DNA of 64,000 bases from Clostridia bacterium (GTDB taxonomy: Bacteria > Bacillota > Clostridia > Oscillospirales > CAG-272), in assembly GCA_017453365.1 (NCBI GenBank), contig JAFTKH010000003.1, forward strand, positions 1,866 through 65,865. Direction: 5' to 3'. The translations under genes and the position numbers were made by a program. Shown piece after piece: positions 36,974-44,506 of this stretch (positions within the stretch are counted from its first letter, which is position 1; every line of letters begins with the position of its first letter). The notes under the pieces were generated by a model. It had not been told where the DNA came from and did no database searches. It saw only the letters and a list, made by a program, of their open reading frames with translations.

Positions 36974-37011
36974 CTTATCACAAATGATAATAAATAATCA
37001 TCCGTGATAAG
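36974..37011. promoter_or_regulatory. long inverted repeat, candidate operator of the divergent XRE regulator
   Basis: CTTATCACAAATGAT-aataaata-ATCATCCGTGATAAG, with 13 of 15 arm positions complementary. It lies 6 nt from the operon -35 and just upstream of a TACAAT for the XRE gene. Confidence 0.5.
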
Positions 37012-37059
37012 ATACAATATAAACAAAAAGAGTGCTTTTCTAAAGCGAAGGAGCGAGAA

Positions 37060-37359
37060 ATGGACAGTATTTCGGATAGAATAAGATATCTGCGTGATAA
37101 GGCAGGCTATACACAGACCTACCTTGCGAAGCGGCTCGGTATATCGAGAAGTGCCGTGAATTCGTGGGAAATGTCGCTTTCCTCTCCATCGGTTTCGAAC
37201 ATTATAGAGATGACGTCTCTTTTTAACGTGAGCGCAGATTATCTTCTATCTACCTCGGATAGACTCACCGTCGATATCACCGAGCTTGACAGTGAGGAAC
37301 GTGAGGTGGTTATCAGACTCGTGAACTGTCTTAAGGCTAATCACGCAGAAAAAAGGTGA
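37060..37359 (+). CDS. XRE-family HTH regulator (SinR-like size and position)
   Basis: IRYLRDKAGYTQTYLAKRLGISRSAVNSWE is a Cro/C1-type HTH. 99 aa, divergent from the peptidase operon. Confidence 0.8.
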   Translation: MDSISDRIRYLRDKAGYTQTYLAKRLGISRSAVNSWEMSLSSPSVSNIIEMTSLFNVSADYLLSTSDRLTVDITELDSEEREVVIRLVNCLKANHAEKR

Positions 37360-37456
37360 GGTGCGTTTGAAATGCTCAAATAATTAAAATCTCTTGACAC
37401 AGCAAGAAAGAAGAGTTAAAATGAGTATGGGATAAACCTTAAAAAGGAGACTTGAT

Positions 37457-38242
37457 ATGCATTTAAGACCGAGCAGAGTATTAAGACAAATGAGAGCGGG
37501 TAAGGTTGCCGTTTCGACTAAGCTTAATCTCGACGACCCGAGAGCCGCAGAGATAGCCGCTATGTTCGGCTTCGACTGCATTTGGATAGACCTCGAGCAC
37601 GTTCCCTCGTCGATGGCGAACGTGGAGAATATGGTCAGAGCCGCAAAGATATACGACGTCGATATTATGACGAGAGTGTCGAAGGGCTCGTACAGCGATA
37701 TCGTCCGCCCTCTTGAGGCAGACTCGACGGGCGTTATGGTACCCCATCTTATGAGCCTCGAGGAAGCGAAGAAAATCGCATATTTCACGAAATTCCACCC
37801 AATTGGCAGACGCCCCATCGACGGCGGGAACGCCGACGGCAGATACTGTCTTGTCGGAGTTGAGGACTACATAACCGAGGCTAACCGAGAGCGCTTCACC
37901 GTTGTGCAGATAGAGGATCCGGAGCCCGTAGCCGAGCTTGAGGAAATCTGTCAGCTTCCCGGTATCGATATGATATTCTTCGGCCCTGCCGACTTCAGCC
38001 AGGGTATAGGATGCCCCGTCACCCCCACAGAGGAGGTGGACAGAGTACGCCGCCTTGTAGCAGCAACCTCGAGAAAGCACGGTAAGTTCGCAGGTACTGT
38101 AGGCACTGCCGCGAACTTCGATGAGCTCGTTGATATGGGTTATACCTTTATTAACGTCGGTGCTGACGTTATTGCCCTCGGCGATTACTACCGCGACCTT
38201 TTCCCGAAGGTAGCGGGCAGGAATATCAAGGAAGTTGAATAA
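37457..38242 (+). CDS. HpcH/HpaI family aldolase (2-keto-3-deoxy-sugar-acid aldolase-like)
   Basis: FGFDCIWIDLEHVP, TRVSKG, VMVPHL.S.EEA and FFGPADFS motifs are typical of HpcH/HpaI. Confidence 0.8.
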   Translation: MHLRPSRVLRQMRAGKVAVSTKLNLDDPRAAEIAAMFGFDCIWIDLEHVPSSMANVENMVRAAKIYDVDIMTRVSKGSYSDIVRPLEADSTGVMVPHLMSLEEAKKIAYFTKFHPIGRRPIDGGNADGRYCLVGVEDYITEANRERFTVVQIEDPEPVAELEEICQLPGIDMIFFGPADFSQGIGCPVTPTEEVDRVRRLVAATSRKHGKFAGTVGTAANFDELVDMGYTFINVGADVIALGDYYRDLFPKVAGRNIKEVE

Positions 38243-38249
38243 CCTTAAT

Positions 38250-39134
38250 ATGAGTGAGTATGTTTATCATTATTGTAAGCCGAAGGTTTTTAACAGCATT
38301 ATAAAATCTAAAAAAATATGGCTCTCGGATTTAAGAAAGAGCAACGACTACGAGGAGATAGGCGGTATGATGGCGCGCATCTTTGCAAAGCTGCCAGAGA
38401 TGCTCCGCCGCGAGCGTGACCTGTTCTTTTTAGGTAACAGAGAGCGCTATTACGCCTACGTAGCGAGCTTTGCGAGAGAGTATTGGGAGCGCGAAATATC
38501 CCCCGTCGCTCTTTGGATGGCTATGTGCTTCTCGCGTGCGGAAGACGATCTCTCGCAGTGGCGAGGATATACCGAGCGTGCGACGGGCTTCGCGATAGGA
38601 GTCAAAGTTGCTGACGCCACACGCGAGATAACCCGTATAAATCATAGACTGATAAAGCTTAAGGAGATAGTCTACGATGAAGCCGAGCACGAGCGCTACT
38701 CCGAGGAAGCTATAGGCCGACTTATCGAGGCTATCCGCCTGTCGGAGGGAAAGACGGAAGAGAATATAGAGCTTAAAATACGTGCTATCGTGAAGCGCTG
38801 GTTTGCGCAGCTCGTTCTCGAGCTCGCATACTTTAAAAATCCAAGCTTTGAGGCCGAGGAAGAGGTCAGACTCTGCTACTCCCGTGTCATAAAAATTCAA
38901 CAGCTCGTCAACAGGAGCGAGGGCTCTACCTTAAATTATCTCGGTTACGACGTTACAGAAAACGACGTTGTAGCTCATCTTGAGGTAAACTATCCGCTCG
39001 AGCTTATATCGCGCATAATCATAGGGCCTATGAACCGCGCGACGCCCAACGACATAAAAATGCTCCTCGCTGTAAACGGCTTCAATACCGAGAATATAGA
39101 GGTAGTGAAATCACGCTCTACCTACAGAGGATAA
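38250..39134 (+). CDS. DUF2971 family protein
   Basis: The YVYHYCKPKVFNSIIKSKKIWLSDLRKSNDYEE opening matches the DUF2971 N-terminal signature as I remember it. The track ORF begins at a TTG at 38235, overlapping the aldolase stop. Confidence 0.55.
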   Translation: MSEYVYHYCKPKVFNSIIKSKKIWLSDLRKSNDYEEIGGMMARIFAKLPEMLRRERDLFFLGNRERYYAYVASFAREYWEREISPVALWMAMCFSRAEDDLSQWRGYTERATGFAIGVKVADATREITRINHRLIKLKEIVYDEAEHERYSEEAIGRLIEAIRLSEGKTEENIELKIRAIVKRWFAQLVLELAYFKNPSFEAEEEVRLCYSRVIKIQQLVNRSEGSTLNYLGYDVTENDVVAHLEVNYPLELISRIIIGPMNRATPNDIKMLLAVNGFNTENIEVVKSRSTYRG

Positions 39135-39171
39135 GTGTAAAAAAACTCCCTTTTCAGCATTGGCTGAAAAG
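39129..39171. terminator. strong bidirectional terminator
   Basis: Perfect stem of about 19 bp, aaaaaactcccttttcagc-attg-gctgaaaagggagtttttt. Confidence 0.8.
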
Positions 39172-39409
39172 GGAGTTTTTTGTGGGAGGACATTCGCGCT
39201 CACCCGCAATTTCCCGAGGCTCATCGGTGAGGTGCGCCATAGCGTGCGCTTTTTCGATTTACGAGCTATACTTATGTCAGGCTTGTGCTTTTTTTCGTAG
39301 TTGTCAGGAGTGCATAGCCCATATCTGAACAGCCTGATGCGATGCTTACACTTTGTGCGGCCTTTCAAATTCTCCGCACCTGACAGCATCTATTATCGCG
39401 CCTGTGTAT

Positions 39410-39802
39410 TTAAAAGCTAATCCTTTTGGGAGCGGCGGAGAACGAGCTTATCTCGGCCGTACCGTTTTGCAGGTAGAATACCTCGGTGTTGCCGTCGCCG
39501 GCCTTGTACATTCCCTGCAATGAGGGATATGCTGTCAGCAGATGCTCCTGTGCGGAAATGCTCTCGTCGAGTACCGCCTCGGCCGAGATACGAATCCATC
39601 TGTCACCGAGCATAGCGCTGATTTCAATCTTGGGGTTTTTCTTCATTTGCGCGGATGCTGCCTTGACCCTGCCTGTCTGAATATAGAGCTTTCCGTTGTA
39701 GAGTTCAATAGTGCCGAAGGGGCGCACACGCGGTTGGTCGCCGTCGACTGTCGCGAGGTAGTATACGCCGCTCTCTTTTAAAAAATCATATATTTCCTTC
39801 AT
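39410..39802 (-). CDS. pyridoxamine 5'-phosphate oxidase-like FMN-binding family protein
   Basis: 130-aa split-barrel type sequence (GVYYLATVDGDQPRVRPFG...GKLYIQTG). Confidence 0.7.
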   Translation of the reverse strand: MKEIYDFLKESGVYYLATVDGDQPRVRPFGTIELYNGKLYIQTGRVKAASAQMKKNPKIEISAMLGDRWIRISAEAVLDESISAQEHLLTAYPSLQGMYKAGDGNTEVFYLQNGTAEISSFSAAPKRISF

Positions 39803-39816
39803 AAAATATCCCTTTA

Positions 39817-40227
39817 TCAGCCTTTTATTATATTCTTCGCAAATTCCGCAACATTTATCAGGTCATCATCATTCGGACGGTTTTTGTTAAAGATACCAAA
39901 CCTTCCGCGGCAGTGAAATTCCTCGTCCGACAGTGAAACACCGTATTTTTCCGTAACCTTGCTCATAGGCTTTTTCATTGATTTCATCATAGCGGATGTT
40001 CCGAAGCAAACGATTTTTCCGATTTTTTCGTTGTTTTCAGCGATAAATTTTTTTACCTCTTCATCCATGTCGAAGGCATAGTAGGAGCACCCCAGAAAAA
40101 GAACGTCTACCTTGTCCTCGAGAGGAGTGTCAATGCTTTTTGCGCAACAGCCGATTGCATCAGCAATCGCCGTCGCCAGCTTTTCGGTATTTCCCGAACG
40201 CGTGTAATACCGTACTTGATAGTTCAT
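39817..40227 (-). CDS. flavodoxin family protein
   Basis: MNYQVRYYTRSGNTEKLA FMN-phosphate loop. The start at 40227 is chosen over the track start at 40371, which adds 48 non-homologous residues. Confidence 0.75.
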   Translation of the reverse strand: MNYQVRYYTRSGNTEKLATAIADAIGCCAKSIDTPLEDKVDVLFLGCSYYAFDMDEEVKKFIAENNEKIGKIVCFGTSAMMKSMKKPMSKVTEKYGVSLSDEEFHCRGRFGIFNKNRPNDDDLINVAEFAKNIIKG

Positions 40228-40521
40228 AACGATTTTATTCCTTTCAATTATATTGAGCACAATTAAATTATAGCGCATAATAGGCCTTGTGTCAACGGGG
40301 TTGACAATATATTCGGCAAAATAAATTGCTGTTTTAAAGTGTAAAAGCGCGAAAAAATGAATTTTAGTCATAATATGATAAAAACAAAATTAACCATCTC
40401 TATTTACGAGTGATCAAACACAAAAAAGCGAGGAAGAAAAAAATCTTACCTCGCTTTTGCTTTGATTTTAATTCAATTTTTAATGTGTCAGAACCGATGA
40501 CGGTCGAATAGGTTTGTAAAA

Positions 40522-41733
40522 TTATACCGTCGTCGTATTGATTTTGGACGCCCTCTTTTTTTCCATAAGGTTATCGAGGAACGAGACCCATTTTACGGTC
40601 ATTCTTCTGTCGGGCTCGGGATATACGTATAGGAGTCTCCCGTTATGATATATATCAAAATGGTCTGCCGGCGTTATGGGAAAAGCGCCGATTTTCTCCG
40701 GACTTACCGAGAATTCTATAGGTTCTCCGTGCAGAGTTCCCGAGAGCTTAAAAATATCCTTATCGAGGTATATTTTGCCCTCGCCTGCGTCACCGTCCAT
40801 AAAGCCGTCCTCTCGGCAACAGCCGAACTTAGCATTAGACTCGAGCCTTTCGGTGTCGGTATCTATCGAATTTTGCTGCCACTCAAACCACTCGTTAATG
40901 CGGGTAAACGGGGCGCCCGAGAGCCTGTAGCGTGAATTAAGCTCGGCATCAAGCCCGCACTCGCAGCGAATGTGGTTTTCTCCTGCGGTGAGTCTGCCCT
41001 CATTCATACATTTCGGGCATTTGTAGAGTATCTTGTCAACTCCGCGAGCGAGGTCGGGGCACTTGTACTCGACACCCTGCATCGCGAGCTCGTCGTCGTG
41101 CAGTATAGCCTCTTCGGTAATCCTTTTAATTTCCGATACGTCACGGCTCGCCACCTCGTCAGCGGAAAGCAGAAGCTTAACGGAAGCATTTATCTCGCCT
41201 ATTCGGCCGTCGCCCTTGTCTCGCCACTTGGGGAAGGAGAGATAGGCGCCCTCGGCTTTCCATGCGTAGAGGTCGACCCCGAGCTTCTTGATAAGCTCGG
41301 CTGTACCCTCTGCTACGGGCAGCGTATGCCCGTAGCATGAGAGTCTGCCCTCGGGGAAAATGACTATCACTGCTTTTTCATTTTTCGCACGCATAATATT
41401 AATTATGGTAGAAACGTCGGGTGTGAACATTTTCTTTGTGATAACGTGCATCAGCTTTAAGAGCCTTGCGGTGGATTTTTTATGCATGAAATGCTCACTG
41501 ACTATGTAGGTCGGGCGAATAGGGTAGAGCGTGAGTGCTGATAGGATATGGTCCTCGTCGCAGGTATGAGTAGCAACGACAATGGCAGGTCCCTTAATGC
41601 CTTTTATTGCACTCTTGTCGAATTTTATGCGGTATTTTCTCGTATATTTCCACTTAAGAACGGTGTAGACGATAGCGTAGAGCAGGGGATTAGCCTTGCC
41701 TATACGCTTTTTCTTTTTTCCGGCTTTACTCAT
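40522..41733 (-). CDS. lysophospholipid/1-acyl-glycerol-3-phosphate acyltransferase family protein with a C-terminal extension
   Basis: HTCDEDH (HX4D) and FPEGRLS acyltransferase motifs, plus an uncharacterised C-terminal half of about 200 aa with a CPKC...CECG zinc-ribbon-like motif. Confidence 0.7.
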   Translation of the reverse strand: MSKAGKKKKRIGKANPLLYAIVYTVLKWKYTRKYRIKFDKSAIKGIKGPAIVVATHTCDEDHILSALTLYPIRPTYIVSEHFMHKKSTARLLKLMHVITKKMFTPDVSTIINIMRAKNEKAVIVIFPEGRLSCYGHTLPVAEGTAELIKKLGVDLYAWKAEGAYLSFPKWRDKGDGRIGEINASVKLLLSADEVASRDVSEIKRITEEAILHDDELAMQGVEYKCPDLARGVDKILYKCPKCMNEGRLTAGENHIRCECGLDAELNSRYRLSGAPFTRINEWFEWQQNSIDTDTERLESNAKFGCCREDGFMDGDAGEGKIYLDKDIFKLSGTLHGEPIEFSVSPEKIGAFPITPADHFDIYHNGRLLYVYPEPDRRMTVKWVSFLDNLMEKKRASKINTTTV

Positions 41734-41982
41734 ATAGCATCCCAAATTTGTAAATAATTGTTTTTTATTTTGTTACATTATAACATTTTTGTAATAGACT
41801 TGTCAATAAATTTCGCGCCAAAAGGCTTTTTGAGGCATTTTTGCTTTACAAAACCTACAATAAGCTAACGGCTTTTTTCACGGCACTCTTGATACGGGCC
41901 TCTGCGGAGCGCGGTGAATGTCAAAGGAGGCAAGCCCACCAAGCCCAAACTGAACCTTGGCTTAATTCAGGCTTTAAGCGGC

Positions 41983-41998
41983 GCGGACGACGGGACTT
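41983..41998 (-). repeat. tRNA-Leu 3'-end-derived 16-mer (possible att-type repeat)
   Basis: gcggacgacgggactt versus gcggatgacgggactt at 44511..44526 inside tRNA-Leu. 15 of 16 positions match, in the same orientation. Confidence 0.45.
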
Positions 41999-42083
41999 CC
42001 GCCCGTGGCGGCCTTAACCGACAAACAGTCCACCGGACTGTTTGGTCCCTCGGACAAATTGCCCTTGGCAATTTTCTCCCTAT

Positions 42084-42138
42084 TTCAAATCCCGCCACCC
42101 ATACCACGCAAAAACACCCCCGAAAATTATGGGGTGTT
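42084..42138. repeat. left copy of the repeat 'TTCAAATCCCG.C.CCC..AC.ACG.AAAAACACCCC hairpin'
   Basis: Aligns with 44445..44503. It includes a hairpin aaaaacaccccc/ggggtgtt. Confidence 0.6.
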
Positions 42139-42190
42139 CTCGTATGTGAAGTGGCGATAAAAAGATGTTTTGGCTTTTCAACCGATGAAT

Positions 42191-42224
42191 TTGAACCCAC
42201 GTGAATTGCTCCATCGGAACCTGA
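42191..42224 (-). pseudogene. degenerate tRNA-Leu fragment (T-loop to anticodon loop)
   Basis: ttgaacccacgtgaattgctccatcggaacctga matches 29 of 34 positions of tRNA-Leu at 44525..44558. The acceptor and T stems no longer pair. Confidence 0.6.
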
Positions 42225-42541
42225 TGATAACGCTTCTCGCTGCGGCTCGTGACACGGAAAGTTGCCGAGGCAACGTAGGGGAAAACAACACTCAGTTGTT
42301 TTCTAACACTCTCGCGCCGTTTCGCTACCTCGGTGAAAACTCCAGTACCCGTGTTAAGTTTATTTGTGTACTTAATATGCTATAGAATCGCAACTTAATC
42401 AAGAAATTTTAAGAATTTTGTTCTCTTTTTCAGTAATAGTATTCGCCTTAAGCGTTCTCGCTCGGGGCGACTTCTTTTTATGAGATGATGGTTAAAAAAT
42501 ACGTAGCCTTAAACAAAGAAAAGTAATTTTGAAAGAGCGAA

Positions 42542-42607
42542 CTCTAAAGTGCAATTTTAAAGTGCAAAATCCAAAAGGTTGCACTTTAGAGAAATATGTG
42601 GTATAAT
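42542..42607 (+). promoter_or_regulatory. islet promoter with three TAAAGTGCAA operator-like sites
   Basis: TTGCAC (42579..42584), 17 nt spacer, TATAAT (42602..42607). TAAAGTGCAA occurs at 42545 and 42558, and inverted (TTGCACTTTA) over the -35. The outer 13-bp arms ctctaaagtgcaa/ttgcactttagag are perfectly complementary. Confidence 0.55.
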
Positions 42608-42653
42608 ATATACATCGATAAGCAAAAATTTGCATAACGGGGATATTGGTTTT

Positions 42654-43466
42654 ATGTCGCAAAATCAATTAGTACACTTAAAAAACACCTCAAATATTGA
42701 ACTGTTGAAGCTTGTAGAAGGAAATATCACTTATTCTGTATTGCATCGTATTTTACAAAGCGATTGCACAGATATTTTTTATAACAATAAAAGTGTAATA
42801 GTCTGTTATTCAAATCCTCCTTATCCAATATGGGTTTGGTGTAAGGATGCGAGCGTGCACGGTGATATAGTAAGCATCGCTGAATGTATCAAAAACAACT
42901 ATCCTTTAGAGAAAAGCTATAACGTCATTATGAGCTACGATGTGTTAGAGCAATTAAGAAAATACGATAGTTATTTTGAGAACGTAACATTTAAGATGGA
43001 GTTGTACTCATATCAATTAAGAAAAATAAACAAAATAAATTATTTATGTGACGGTCAAGCTACATTAGCTGAATATGCAGATTTAGATGTCATAGCTAAT
43101 ATGTTCAAAGATATGTATTTCGAAATAGAGGGGCTCGTTTTTGATATAGAGGATTGCAAGGAAAGAGCACTGAAATTTATAAAACATAATCAATTATACG
43201 CTTGGAAAAACCAAAACAACGAAATAGTTACACTTGCATCCAAAAAAATAGAAGGTAAATACGGTACTATTTCTTCGGTATATACCGTAACGAAGGAAAG
43301 AAGAAAGGGGTATGCGATAAATTTAGTGTACACTGTTTCAAAAGAATTGTTATCAGAAAATGTTACTCCTATATTATACACTAACGGCAATTATATTGCT
43401 TCTAACGAATGTTACATAAAAATAGGGTTTGAACAAGTCGGAAGAGTTTGCAATATTAAAAGATAG
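42654..43466 (+). CDS. GNAT family N-acetyltransferase (two-domain, 270 aa)
   Basis: C-terminal acetyl-CoA motif ..VYTVTKERRKGYAINLVYTV... Strongly AT-rich codon usage. The ATG at 42654 was chosen because the track start at 42579 coincides with the -35 box. Confidence 0.65.
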   Translation: MSQNQLVHLKNTSNIELLKLVEGNITYSVLHRILQSDCTDIFYNNKSVIVCYSNPPYPIWVWCKDASVHGDIVSIAECIKNNYPLEKSYNVIMSYDVLEQLRKYDSYFENVTFKMELYSYQLRKINKINYLCDGQATLAEYADLDVIANMFKDMYFEIEGLVFDIEDCKERALKFIKHNQLYAWKNQNNEIVTLASKKIEGKYGTISSVYTVTKERRKGYAINLVYTVSKELLSENVTPILYTNGNYIASNECYIKIGFEQVGRVCNIKR

Positions 43467-43575
43467 CTTCCATTCGGCAAAATATCAAATGTCAATACTC
43501 GTAGCGTAATTGTCTACGGCTGTGTATAGACGATTAAGGTAAAATCCGTTATAACTATGGCGTAAGGAGGTATTT

Positions 43576-44031
43576 ATGACGCTGTCTGAAAAACTTTATG
43601 CCTTGCGCCGAAAACAAGGATTATCACAAGAAGGACTTGCTGAGAAATTGGATTGTTCAAGGCAGGTAATATCAAAGTGGGAAAATGGAACGACAACTCC
43701 CGATGCCGAAATGTTGCAAAAATACAGCGAACTATTTGGTGTCAGTATAGATTATCTTGTAAAGGAAGATATTGAAGAACCGACAAGCGTACAGCCTACC
43801 GAGAAGAACAGCGGAAACAAAAAGCTTCTTGGAATAGTAGGTCTTGTGATTTCGCTCTTGGGGTGCGTTTCACTAATCGTATTCGGTGCTATCACAGTAT
43901 TCAACTCTGAAACCGCCGACCAAATCGCAGGGGCATCTGTAATAGTGATTGACGGAACGTTTATAGCAATGCTGGCTTCGGTGTTGTTTGTAGTGTTTGG
44001 AGCTGTAATACTTATCAAGTCTATGAAATGA
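43576..44031 (+). CDS. membrane-anchored XRE-family HTH protein
   Basis: LRRKQGLSQEGLAEKLDCSRQVISKWENG HTH followed by two hydrophobic helices. AAGGAGG RBS. Confidence 0.75.
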   Translation: MTLSEKLYALRRKQGLSQEGLAEKLDCSRQVISKWENGTTTPDAEMLQKYSELFGVSIDYLVKEDIEEPTSVQPTEKNSGNKKLLGIVGLVISLLGCVSLIVFGAITVFNSETADQIAGASVIVIDGTFIAMLASVLFVVFGAVILIKSMK

Positions 44032-44038
44032 GGTTTCT

Positions 44039-44248
44039 ATGAAAAAACTATCAACGATTTTTGCGGCACTTGCAATCTTGTTAACAAACATTATGTGCGT
44101 TGTTGTAACATATAATTGCACAGTCCTTCGATGGGCGCCCGGCAATAGTGCACCTTGGTATGTAGGACTTCTATTCGGAATTCCATTTACAATTGGAATT
44201 ATCGCTTGCTCTGTCGTTGCGTATATTGCAAAAAAGAGAGGAGAATAA
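44039..44248 (+). CDS. small two-TM membrane protein (69 aa)
   Basis: Two hydrophobic helices. Starts 7 nt after the XRE gene stop, with a GAGG RBS. Confidence 0.5.
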   Translation: MKKLSTIFAALAILLTNIMCVVVTYNCTVLRWAPGNSAPWYVGLLFGIPFTIGIIACSVVAYIAKKRGE

Positions 44249-44444
44249 CTCACGTACAAATTTCAATTTGTCGGGTGTGTTAAAATCATTGCAAATACAA
44301 ATTAAATTAGGGTGGGATTTCGTGTCCCACCCTTTGGCTTACATATTGAATTAAAAAGAGCGTAAGTCAAAACCTTTCGGTTCAGCTTACGCTCATAGTG
44401 GGGCGGACTCGTCATTTAGAAGAGTCAGCTGACACCGCTCCTGC

Positions 44445-44503
44445 TTCAAATCCCGTCGCCCTTACGACGTAAAAACACCCCAACAAAAAGTTGAGGTGTT
44501 TTT
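44445..44503. repeat. right copy of the repeat; includes the tRNA-Leu terminator hairpin (44471..44503)
   Basis: ttcaaatcccgtcgcccttacgacgtaaaaacacccc..gaggtgttttt aligns with 42084..42138. Confidence 0.6.
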
Positions 44504-44506
44504 ACA

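Larger units (their letters stand above)
41880..42480 (+). ncRNA. candidate structured non-coding RNA region (unclassified)
   Basis: About 600 nt with no credible ORF at normal genome GC. It holds several perfect hairpins: 42024..42044 aaacagtcc/ggactgttt, 42056..42074 aaattgcc/ggcaattt, 42280..42300 aaaacaac/gttgtttt. A plus-strand terminator-like hairpin with T-run lies at 42443..42479. Confidence 0.3.

Noticed and set aside
39172-39409. The 92-aa minus-strand ORF (39111..39389) and a Cys-rich plus-frame stretch (..CAIACAFSIYELYLCQACAFFRSCQECIAHI) between convergent genes.
   Set aside because: The minus ORF runs through the strong terminator hairpin and has no RBS. The plus frame has no ATG or RBS and starts inside the terminator. 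The region is possibly a decayed gene remnant or a small RNA, but nothing can be supported from sequence alone.
42084-42106. TTCAAATCCCGCCACCCATACCA as the 3' end of an intact plus-strand tRNA or tmRNA.
   Set aside because: It has a T-loop-like heptamer and a terminal ACCA. However, the 5' T-stem partner (GCGGG) and a 5' acceptor strand (ATGGGTG) are absent upstream, and no GGGG...tmRNA 5' end or tag reading frame was found. The right-hand copy at 44445..44467 ends in ACGA. The sequence was treated as a repeat or scar.
41914-42385. Track ORFs 41914..42204 (+), 41967..42200 (-) and 42170..42385 (+) as small proteins.
   Set aside because: There are no RBSs. They overlap each other on both strands. 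The translations are Gly/Pro/Arg/Thr-rich, and the DNA is dominated by perfect hairpins and tRNA-like fragments. The region was treated as non-coding.
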